Shown one piece after another: positions 7,707 through 15,113 of a stretch of DNA of 56,288 nucleotides (its first letter is position 1; the number at the start of each line of letters is the position of its first letter). Below the pieces are notes generated by a model. That model had not been told where the DNA came from. It worked only from the letters and a program-made list of their open reading frames with translations, and did no database searches. The stretch is from Candidatus Magasanikiibacteriota bacterium (GTDB lineage Bacteria; Patescibacteriota; Patescibacteriia; Magasanikbacterales; UBA922). Made by a program: the position numbers and the translations under genes. The DNA is taken from the NCBI GenBank assembly GCA_041675185.1, contig JBAYUH010000003.1, forward strand, positions 1 through 56,288. The letters run 5' to 3'.

Positions 7707-8462
7707 ATGATGAGCGCGATTTCGCGCTTTGTCATGACGCTGGGTCTGTGCGTTATGGCTCTCGTCGCGATTAGCGGCGAGGCGAAAGCAGACAGTTGGG
7801 TTGAGACCTATCGGACCGTGTGTCCGACAGGGTCAAAGACCCTCAATGTAACTTGTACTCGCGAAGGCGAGGAAGTTATATTGCGATTTGGCTGTGGGGG
7901 TCAGATTGCAACTTACACCTACACTTGCCAACACCCCAAGTTGGCAACAACATCGTTGCTTCCTAAGATCACCGAGGACAACTGGTTCGATTACCAGCTC
8001 GGCCTTCACACCAGTGGCGTTTTCGCCACCGGAGAGCTTCCACAGATGTTTTACATCGGTGGTGAGTTTTCCGCTCAGCTCAAACTGAGTGGGAAGTGGT
8101 GGATTTCTGGGTCACTCGGCTTGGGCTATGCCCGAGTTGATGGTGATAACATTTCTCTCACAGAAAGCTTCGGACTTCAGTACCGTATCAATACGGACTG
8201 GAATCTTGGGCTCGTCGCGCGCCACTACGTGGTGCTTGATGGTGAGGGTGATGTGCTCCAGGTGATCCTGCCCACTGTGGAGATTGTGTACAATGTTTCC
8301 AAAGGTCTGCAAGTCGTCTTGAACGGCGGTGCAGGCTGGGGACATTTCCGGGTGAGCGAGCGTATTTCAGCTGAGTCCTCTGTGGCTCCTTCTGAGTATA
8401 CAACGATCACTCGCGACGATCTCGTCGGGACGTTGGGACTGAACCTGAGGGCTAAGTTCTAA
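7707..8462 (+). CDS. secreted protein: Cys-rich N-domain plus 8-stranded outer-membrane-type beta-barrel (OmpX/OmpW/OMP_b-brl-like) (island gene 2)
   Basis: Signal peptide MMSAISRFVMTLGLCVMALVAISGEAKA. Eight amphipathic beta-strand-like segments, including FDYQLGLHT, WWISGSLGLGYARV, WNLGLVARHYVV and LVGTLGLNLRAKF. The terminal residue is Phe. Confidence 0.7.
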   Translation: MMSAISRFVMTLGLCVMALVAISGEAKADSWVETYRTVCPTGSKTLNVTCTREGEEVILRFGCGGQIATYTYTCQHPKLATTSLLPKITEDNWFDYQLGLHTSGVFATGELPQMFYIGGEFSAQLKLSGKWWISGSLGLGYARVDGDNISLTESFGLQYRINTDWNLGLVARHYVVLDGEGDVLQVILPTVEIVYNVSKGLQVVLNGGAGWGHFRVSERISAESSVAPSEYTTITRDDLVGTLGLNLRAKF

Positions 8463-8582
8463 TCAACGGTGAGCGAGGTTGTAGTCAGATACCTCGTCAA
8501 AAAAATCTGGCACAGTTCAAATTTTAGAGTTTCTGTCTATTTTTTGCAAAAGGTGGCGCTCCAGCCTTAAAATGGAGCTTGG

Positions 8583-10238
8583 ATGAAAATGAAGAATGGT
8601 ATGTTCAGTTTCGTGGTCATGGCGTTTTTCGCTATGGCTTTCTCGACCATCAGTGCTTGCGCTGACGGTCAGGGTATCAACACGCCGGCGACGTCTGTCG
8701 CTGGTCTCAACGCGGACGGGACTGGTCCCGCAGACAACTGCGAGGCAGTCTACAATCCGCCTAGTGTGAGGTTGGGAAAGAGTTGTGTTGTCGTAGCTGA
8801 CTGTAACAGTGTTGCACCGTTGTTGAAGTCAGGGGCTTCTGCTCCAGTGTTCTGTGTTACGCAGAACGAGGTAGATGACTTTGGCTGGTCACAGGTTCTT
8901 GTGGGGCAGTGCGTTGCACAGCTCGACACGGACGGTGACGCGGCTGGTGACGAGTGTGACGACGATGACGATGGTGACCTCATCAAGGACGCCGTCGACA
9001 ATTGCCCGCTGGTTACTAACCATGATCAGCTCAACACCGACCACGATGGACTTGGCGACGCCTGTGATCCCGACGACGACAACGACGGGATCCTCGATGG
9101 TGTTGACAACTGTCCGCTGGTGGAGAATGCCAATCAGCTCGACACGAACACTGATGGGGTTGGCGATGCGTGCGAGGATGACTCGGATGGCGACGGTATT
9201 CTGAATAATACCGATAACTGTCCGTTTGTGGCGAATGTTGATCAACTCAATTCCGATGATGATCTGATGGGCGACGCCTGTGATCCCGACGACGACAACG
9301 ACGGGATCCTCGACGCCGCTGACAATTGTCCGCTGGTGGCGAATGCCAATCAGCTCGACACTGACGGCGACAGTTTCGGTGATGTCTGCGATCCAGACAT
9401 CGATGGCGACACAGTACTCAACGGTGTCGACAACTGCCCGCTTGTTGCCAACCATGGTCAGCTCGACACTGACGGCGACAGTTTCGGTGATGTCTGCGAT
9501 CCAGACATCGATGGCGACACAGTACTCAACGGTGTCGACAACTGCCCGAACGTTGCTAATTTTGATCAATCAGATCTTGACAACGACAGTTTCGGTGATG
9601 TCTGCGATCCTGACTGCGACGGCGACGGCACCGTTGCGCCATGCAACGCCGACTCGGATGGCGACGGTTTCATTCCTCCTGCTGATTGTATGGAGGGTGA
9701 GGCGTCGGTTCATCCGGGTGCGACTGAGCTCTGCAACGGTGTTGACGACGACTGCGATGGTGTAACCGACGATGGCTGTCCGGCTCCCGCCTGCGTTACT
9801 GCCACCGAATGTGATGATGGTATCGCAACGAACACTGACACTTGCGTCAGCGGGGTGTGTGTACATACTCCGTTGCCGCCGGCTGGCACGTGTTTGGTGA
9901 ATGCTGATTGTCTAAGTACCGAAGCGTGTATTGCTGGGATTTGCCGACTCAAAGCAGCTCCTGGTCAATGTTCGCCTTTCGCCGTCACGGTGAAAGGGAT
10001 GACGACACCGTCGGTCAAAAAGGCATATCTTGAATGGTATACCACCTCGGCCAATCCCGCACCCACAAGGAACGGGGTAGTCGAAGATGGAACGTATCAG
10101 TCATTTGCTGGCGAATGCTCAGTTATCGCGTTTGATTTCGCGGTGGGTGAGTGTGGCTGTCATACTGCCTTTGGGGATTCTCCGTGTAAGGAGCTTCCTG
10201 ATTCACCTGGCCTCGTCGGATGCCGGCATAATCAGTAG
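8583..10238 (+). CDS. lipoprotein with six thrombospondin type 3 (calcium-binding DxDxDG...DNCP) repeats and a Cys-rich C-terminal region with a CNGVDDDCDG motif (island gene 3)
   Basis: Signal peptide with lipobox ISAC (Cys26). Six 36-aa units contain DNCPxVxNxxQxDxDxDxxGDxCDxDxDxDG. ELCNGVDDDCDGVTDDGC follows the repeats. Confidence 0.8.
   Translation: MKMKNGMFSFVVMAFFAMAFSTISACADGQGINTPATSVAGLNADGTGPADNCEAVYNPPSVRLGKSCVVVADCNSVAPLLKSGASAPVFCVTQNEVDDFGWSQVLVGQCVAQLDTDGDAAGDECDDDDDGDLIKDAVDNCPLVTNHDQLNTDHDGLGDACDPDDDNDGILDGVDNCPLVENANQLDTNTDGVGDACEDDSDGDGILNNTDNCPFVANVDQLNSDDDLMGDACDPDDDNDGILDAADNCPLVANANQLDTDGDSFGDVCDPDIDGDTVLNGVDNCPLVANHGQLDTDGDSFGDVCDPDIDGDTVLNGVDNCPNVANFDQSDLDNDSFGDVCDPDCDGDGTVAPCNADSDGDGFIPPADCMEGEASVHPGATELCNGVDDDCDGVTDDGCPAPACVTATECDDGIATNTDTCVSGVCVHTPLPPAGTCLVNADCLSTEACIAGICRLKAAPGQCSPFAVTVKGMTTPSVKKAYLEWYTTSANPAPTRNGVVEDGTYQSFAGECSVIAFDFAVGECGCHTAFGDSPCKELPDSPGLVGCRHNQ
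9351..9548 (+). repeat. perfect 90-bp tandem duplication (period 108 bp) inside the TSP3-repeat gene
   Basis: 9351-9440 and 9459-9548 are identical (cagctcgacactgacggcgacagtttcggtgatgtctgcgatccagacatcgatggcgacacagtactcaacggtgtcgacaactgcccg). A second shared block, ggcgacgcctgtgatcccgacgacgacaacgacgggatcctcga, occurs near 9053 and 9270. Confidence 0.9.
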
Positions 10239-10477
10239 TAGACATCGCAGTCTCATAAATTAGTAAAAACTGACCCTTGAAATAGGGTCCACCTGTTCAA
10301 AGATTCCAAAAACGTATTACAGTTACGTCTAGGAGGAGAGCAAGAGGTCGTGTGGACCGCTTTAAACAAAACACAACTAAGAGGGGGATGGGATTTCAGA
10401 CTGTAACTGAAATCCCTACCATATTACGCTTTTATAAATTTTATGAAGGTGTTGAGGGTAAAAATATAAATAATGAA

Positions 10478-10508
10478 ACAGTAACTTGCAATGAGTTGCT
10501 GTTTTTTT
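10478..10508 (+). terminator. rho-independent terminator closing the island transcript
   Basis: acagtaact (10478-10486) pairs with agttgctgt (10494-10502), including one G-U pair. Seven T residues follow. A second 8-bp hairpin lies at 10509-10527. Confidence 0.65.
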
Positions 10509-10577
10509 ATACTCAGTTTCTGAGTATCGCATTTATCATTTTGAAAAAAAACAAAAATATGGTAATATCTAAGTATT

Positions 10578-12065
10578 ATGATAGGTAACATTTTCCTTTA
10601 TTTACCAAATAATTTTATAGGCCTTTTTTTGTTATTGGTCATTTTTGTTTTAACTTTTCTGTTGATTTTTAAATTGAATAAAAGTGAATGGATTATTTAT
10701 ACTTTGCTTGTTTGGTTTCCTCTCGAGAGTCTTATTCTAATGTATACGCCAATTGAATTTTTTGCTTATGTAAAATATATCCCTGAAATTATCATGTATG
10801 GTCTGGCATTTGGTTCATTGATTTCTTATATCAAGGATAAAAGAAAAATTTTACCAAAACAACCTCTCAACAAATGGCTTATTGCTTTTGTGGTAGTAGC
10901 GCTCATTTCTTTATTACTAAATTTTTATAGTTGGACTACTTGGCTTCTGGGTTTGAGACAAATATTACGTTTTGTTTTGTTGGTATTTGTAATTTTGTGG
11001 ATGGATTATGATGAAAAAATTCTAAAGAAGATTATCAAATTTGGTGCAACAATGATTGCTTTGGAAATAATTTTGGGTTTTGTACAGTATTTATCTGGTG
11101 GATATTTGGATCCTTATTTATTTTCTTCACGTACTGTCAGTATTGGTAATTTGGCGTTACTTGGAGGACTAGAAGAGTTTTGGACACAAGGTAGTCGAGT
11201 ATTTGCTACGCTTGGTAGATATGATCAGCTTGGTAGTTTTGTAGCTTTGGGTATTATTTTGATGTTTCCATTTGTATTTTTTTTGAAAAAAAGACAAGAT
11301 AAATTTTGGTATTTTATTTTTTTTATTTTGGCTTTTGTAGTACTTTATCTTACTAAATCTCGTGCTAGCTGGATTGCAACTTTTCTTGGTGTTGTGACAA
11401 TTGGTTGGTTTTTGCGTAAAGACAAAAGAGTGGCTTTGGGTATTGGTGTGTTTTTGACTATTTTTGTGGCATATTTAGGTTTTTTTGCACTTAGTCATGA
11501 TAATGTCTTGTCTATTGGTGATAAACCAACCCAAACTTTGGGTGAGCGTGTATTTGAAGCTTTTAGTATTCAGGGTTTGCGAGATAGTTATGATGGTTAT
11601 GGTAGAATATTTTTTATCATAAATACTCCACGTATGGTGGTTACTAAGTATCCTTTTTTTGGTGTTGGTCCTGGACAATATGGTGGGGGAGTTGCAGCAG
11701 CACTTCTCAATACTGATATGTATGATAGATTGCATTTACCTTTTGGTATTCAAAATATTTTTGGACAAATAGACAACAATTGGATGAGTATTTGGGGTGA
11801 AGTTGGGACTATTGGTCTGATTGTTTGGATAATGGTATTTGTGACTATTATTAAGATGTCTTTGTTAGTTAGAAATAAGACAGAAAATATTTTTGAAAAA
11901 AATTTGGCTGAAGGATTGATTGGTTTGACAGTTGGTATTATGGCAATAGGATTTTTTGGACCATATTTTGAATTTAGATCGTTGATGTTTTATTATTGGG
12001 CGACAGTGGGGGTTGTGATGGTGTTTTTTGTTCGGAGGTATAATAAAAATTATTTGGAAAATTAA
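10578..12065 (+). CDS. O-antigen ligase/polymerase (Wzy_C)-like polytopic membrane protein
   Basis: 495 aa with at least 10 TM helices. The central LTKSRASWIA segment and a large loop resemble Wzy_C/O-antigen ligase proteins. Confidence 0.6.
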   Translation: MIGNIFLYLPNNFIGLFLLLVIFVLTFLLIFKLNKSEWIIYTLLVWFPLESLILMYTPIEFFAYVKYIPEIIMYGLAFGSLISYIKDKRKILPKQPLNKWLIAFVVVALISLLLNFYSWTTWLLGLRQILRFVLLVFVILWMDYDEKILKKIIKFGATMIALEIILGFVQYLSGGYLDPYLFSSRTVSIGNLALLGGLEEFWTQGSRVFATLGRYDQLGSFVALGIILMFPFVFFLKKRQDKFWYFIFFILAFVVLYLTKSRASWIATFLGVVTIGWFLRKDKRVALGIGVFLTIFVAYLGFFALSHDNVLSIGDKPTQTLGERVFEAFSIQGLRDSYDGYGRIFFIINTPRMVVTKYPFFGVGPGQYGGGVAAALLNTDMYDRLHLPFGIQNIFGQIDNNWMSIWGEVGTIGLIVWIMVFVTIIKMSLLVRNKTENIFEKNLAEGLIGLTVGIMAIGFFGPYFEFRSLMFYYWATVGVVMVFFVRRYNKNYLEN

Positions 12066-12233
12066 TATAAATAAACTATAATTAGACAATAACTTGACGA
12101 TAACTAACAAAAACAATAAGATCACTAGTTTTTGTATCGTTATAGTTTCATTATCGTATAATTATTTAAATTTGATAATAACTAAACAACAACTATTTAG
12201 TAACTATTAACAATAACTATTATAATATAAAAT

Positions 12234-12362
12234 ATGGAAGAGGAGGGAAGTAAGTATGTACCGTTGAATAAGTTGTTTGTCTACAAAATTTCGATAGAGC
12301 TGTGTGATTTAGGTTGGAGCATTTATGAAAAATTTGATTGGCAAGATAAGAAAATAAAATGA
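12234..12362 (+). pseudogene. truncated remnant of a four-helix-bundle ('23S rRNA intervening sequence protein') gene
   Basis: ATG at 12234 gives MEEEGSKYVPLNKLFVYKISIELCDLGWSIYEKFDWQDKKIK followed by a stop. This matches the N-terminal pattern of the family (..PL.K..VY..S.EL....W.IY..L.W.DKKI..). The downstream ANIAEG part is missing. Confidence 0.45.
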
Positions 12363-12589
12363 AAAAGAGTGATGTGTAGTGTAAAAAGTTATTTTCTAGT
12401 TATTGTTTAATTAAATTTTGTAGAATAGACAACTAAACAATAATTAGTCAATAACGTTACAATAACTATTTTCCAAAAGTTATCGGCTAGTTAAACTACA
12501 TTGAAGAAATATTTATACAATAACTAAACAATAATAATACAATAACTAGTTTTAAATTAGTTATTGTCTAGTTACAGTCTTATAGTATT

Positions 12590-13609
12590 ATGAACAAAAA
12601 AAAATTACAACACAAAACAATATCTCCAATCGACTGTGTCCTTGGTATCACTTACAATTGTAATTCTCGTTGTGTGATGTGTGATATTTGGAAAATAAAA
12701 GATTTTCCTGAATTACCAGTGGCAGAGTACAAAAAATTACCAAGTTCTTTGCGCGATATCAATATTTCTGGTGGTGAGCCTTTTTTGCGTGGAGATATTC
12801 CAGAGATAATTGCTACTGTTAAGAAAGCAGCTCCTAAAGCTCGAATGGTTATCTCGACCAATGGTTTCATGCCAGTCTTGATTGAAAAACAAATGAAAGA
12901 AATATTGAAAATCAAACCAGATATTGGTATTGCTATTTCTGTTGATGGTTATGGAAAGACTCATGAGGAAATTCGTAAAATTCCCAATGCTTGGGAAAAA
13001 GATATGGAAACTCTAGAAAGATTACAAAAATTAGGTATGAAAAATTTGCGTCTAGCTTTCACTATCTTGCCACAAAATATACAAGATTTTGGTAAAGTTT
13101 ATGACGAAACTAGAAAGCGTGGTATTCAGTTTACGCATGCTTTTGCACAGAGCTCAGAACATTATTTTGGTGGCAGTAACAATGATAATAATAAACCAAA
13201 TTTGGATATATTGAAGGCACAATATAAATATCTTATAAATGGCGAACTAAAATCTTGGCACCCAAAGAAATGGGTGAGAGCTTTTTTTGCTCATGGTCTA
13301 TACAAATTTAGTATTGAAAAAACTCAAGTTTTGAACAATGATCCTGGTACGAAGTTTTTTTATCTTGATCCACGTGGTGTAGTCTATCCTTCAGTAGTAC
13401 ACAATTATCCAATGGGTAATATCCAAAATTATGACAAGTGGAATGATTTGTGGTATGGTGAAACTGCAGAAAAAGCTAGAGAAAAAGTAGTAACCATTGG
13501 TCGGCCAGCTTGGATGATTTGTACAGCTAGGACAGCTATTAGGAAAAATCCTCACAAAGTGGTGAAATGGATAATCCAAAATAAAGTTGGGGGAATGAGG
13601 GATTTGTAA
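12590..13609 (+). CDS. radical SAM protein
   Basis: CNSRCVMC (CX3CX2C) near the N-terminus, followed by the SGGEPFLR glycine-rich SAM motif. Confidence 0.8.
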   Translation: MNKKKLQHKTISPIDCVLGITYNCNSRCVMCDIWKIKDFPELPVAEYKKLPSSLRDINISGGEPFLRGDIPEIIATVKKAAPKARMVISTNGFMPVLIEKQMKEILKIKPDIGIAISVDGYGKTHEEIRKIPNAWEKDMETLERLQKLGMKNLRLAFTILPQNIQDFGKVYDETRKRGIQFTHAFAQSSEHYFGGSNNDNNKPNLDILKAQYKYLINGELKSWHPKKWVRAFFAHGLYKFSIEKTQVLNNDPGTKFFYLDPRGVVYPSVVHNYPMGNIQNYDKWNDLWYGETAEKAREKVVTIGRPAWMICTARTAIRKNPHKVVKWIIQNKVGGMRDL

Positions 13610-13643
13610 CAAACAATAATTATAAGGTCACTAGCTATTGTCT

Positions 13644-13783
13644 AGTTATAGTTTAATCCGCCCAAGGCGGACAAGGTTTAATTCCTCGTAGTTTCAGCCA
13701 GAGGACTGATCAGCCTTGGGCACGATACTGCGAAATAATCCAATTGATACATTGTCAGCTTGCTGCGAGGTAGTTCATTTATC
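13644..13783 (-). repeat. dispersed structured repeat, family 1 (long variant)
   Basis: aatccgcccaaggcggacaaggtttaattcctcg is identical to 42434-42467. Relative to that copy it carries a roughly 31-nt internal insertion, and the insertion is homologous to 17631-17698 in the opposite orientation. Confidence 0.8.
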
Positions 13784-13862
13784 GTGTTGTTATTAATTTT
13801 GTTGGAGTCTAATTAGATTATAATTAAACAAAAACTATACAATAACTATTTTTTTTGAAATT

Positions 13863-15065
13863 ATGAAAATACTGTTGGTAAACAAATATTGGTACATAAA
13901 AGGCGGGGCAGAACGTGTGGTTTTTGCTACCAAAAAAGTGTTGGAAGATGCTGGTCATGAAGTAGAGATTTTTGGTATGAAACATCCAAAAAATATTTTT
14001 GAAAATAAATATTTTATTGATAATATTGATTATGGTAATACTAAAGGTTTAAGAAAGATAATAGTGGGTATTAAGAGTATTTATAATTGGGATGCAAAAA
14101 ATAAATTTGCAGATTTAATTGATAAGTTTAAGCCAGATATAGTACATTTTCATAATATTTATCATCAATTGTCTTTTTCTCTTTTGGATGTTGTCAAAGA
14201 AAAAAAAATTCCTGCGGTGATGACTTTGCATGATTACAAAATGATTAGCCCAAATTATAATCTTTTTAATAATGGAAAGATCTTTGAACAGAGTTGTGGT
14301 AGTAATTATTATAAATGTATTTTGAATAATTGCATGGGAAATTTTGGACAAAGTGTACTTGCGACCTGTGAGGCTTATTTGAGAAAATGGAAAAAATGGA
14401 ATCATAATGTGAAAATGTATATAAGTTCAAGTAATTTTTTGAAAGAAAAATTTTTGTCTGTAGGTTTTGTAGAAAAAATAGAAGTAGTGTCAAATCCTTT
14501 GGTTGATTTTTCTACTGAAAATATTTTAGTAGGTGGCAAAAATGTATTATATATGGGCAGACTTTCTGAAGAAAAAGGTGTTGAATTAGTTTTAAAAGTA
14601 GCAAAACAATTGCTAGATATAAAATTCCAAATAGTGGGAGACGGTCCATTGAAAAAATATTTACAAACAGTTATTGAAAAGGAAAATATAAAAAATGTAG
14701 AAATACTTGGTTATCAATCTAGTGATATTTTACATAATACCTTGGAAAAAGCTAGAATTCTTATAATGCCTTCGCAGTGGTATGAAAATTGTCCTTTGAG
14801 TGTACTCGAAGCTCATGCTGCAGGTAAAGTGATCTTAGCAAGTAATTTGGGTGGTTTGGTAGAAATGGTTCCAAAAGATATGTTAGTTGATCACAAAAAT
14901 ATAGAACAATGGGTATCTATGGTTCAAAATTGGTATAAAAAATCAGATGAAGAACTGAAAAAAATAGGTATAGAGTTAAGAGCTAGAGTGTTTAACGAAA
15001 ATGATTTGTCTACGTATTACAAAAGAATTATTAAGTTATACGAAAAAGTAGTAAAGTCGTTATAA
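13863..15065 (+). CDS. glycosyltransferase family 4
   Basis: MKILLVNKYWYIKGGAERV N-terminus. C-terminal EX7E-type region PSQWYENCPLSVLEAHAAGKVILAS. Confidence 0.85.
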   Translation: MKILLVNKYWYIKGGAERVVFATKKVLEDAGHEVEIFGMKHPKNIFENKYFIDNIDYGNTKGLRKIIVGIKSIYNWDAKNKFADLIDKFKPDIVHFHNIYHQLSFSLLDVVKEKKIPAVMTLHDYKMISPNYNLFNNGKIFEQSCGSNYYKCILNNCMGNFGQSVLATCEAYLRKWKKWNHNVKMYISSSNFLKEKFLSVGFVEKIEVVSNPLVDFSTENILVGGKNVLYMGRLSEEKGVELVLKVAKQLLDIKFQIVGDGPLKKYLQTVIEKENIKNVEILGYQSSDILHNTLEKARILIMPSQWYENCPLSVLEAHAAGKVILASNLGGLVEMVPKDMLVDHKNIEQWVSMVQNWYKKSDEELKKIGIELRARVFNENDLSTYYKRIIKLYEKVVKSL

Positions 15066-15084
15066 AAAAAGTTTTTTCAAAATT

Positions 15085-15113
15085 AAAAACGTTCTTGTTA
15101 AGAACGTTTTTTT
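15085..15113. terminator. bidirectional terminator between convergent GT4 genes
   Basis: aaaaacgttctt (15085-15096) pairs perfectly with aagaacgttttt (15100-15111). A-runs and T-runs flank both sides. Confidence 0.75.

Larger units (their letters stand above)
6181..10350. other. compositionally foreign GC-rich island (three envelope-protein genes plus structured leaders)
   Basis: Counted G+C is 33/60 in line 9001-9060 versus 16/60 in line 3001-3060. Codons are GC-ending and GGAGG ribosome-binding sites are present, unlike the flanking genes. Confidence 0.8.

Noticed and set aside
8750-9952. Multiple long ORFs on both strands overlapping the TSP3-repeat gene (8889-9569 minus, 8875-9204, 9280-9765, 9570-9866 minus, 9710-9952 minus, 8750-9001 minus).
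   Set aside because: GC-rich, repeat-rich sequence lacks stop codons in most frames. Their translations are low-complexity echoes of the repeats (T/V/S/I runs). Only the 8583-10238 frame has a signal peptide and coherent domain repeats.
10352-10588. 78-aa ORF between the island and the O-antigen-ligase-like gene.
   Set aside because: It uses a GTG start with poor RBS spacing, reads straight through a rho-independent terminator hairpin and T-run (10478-10508), overlaps the next gene's start, and has no recognisable features.
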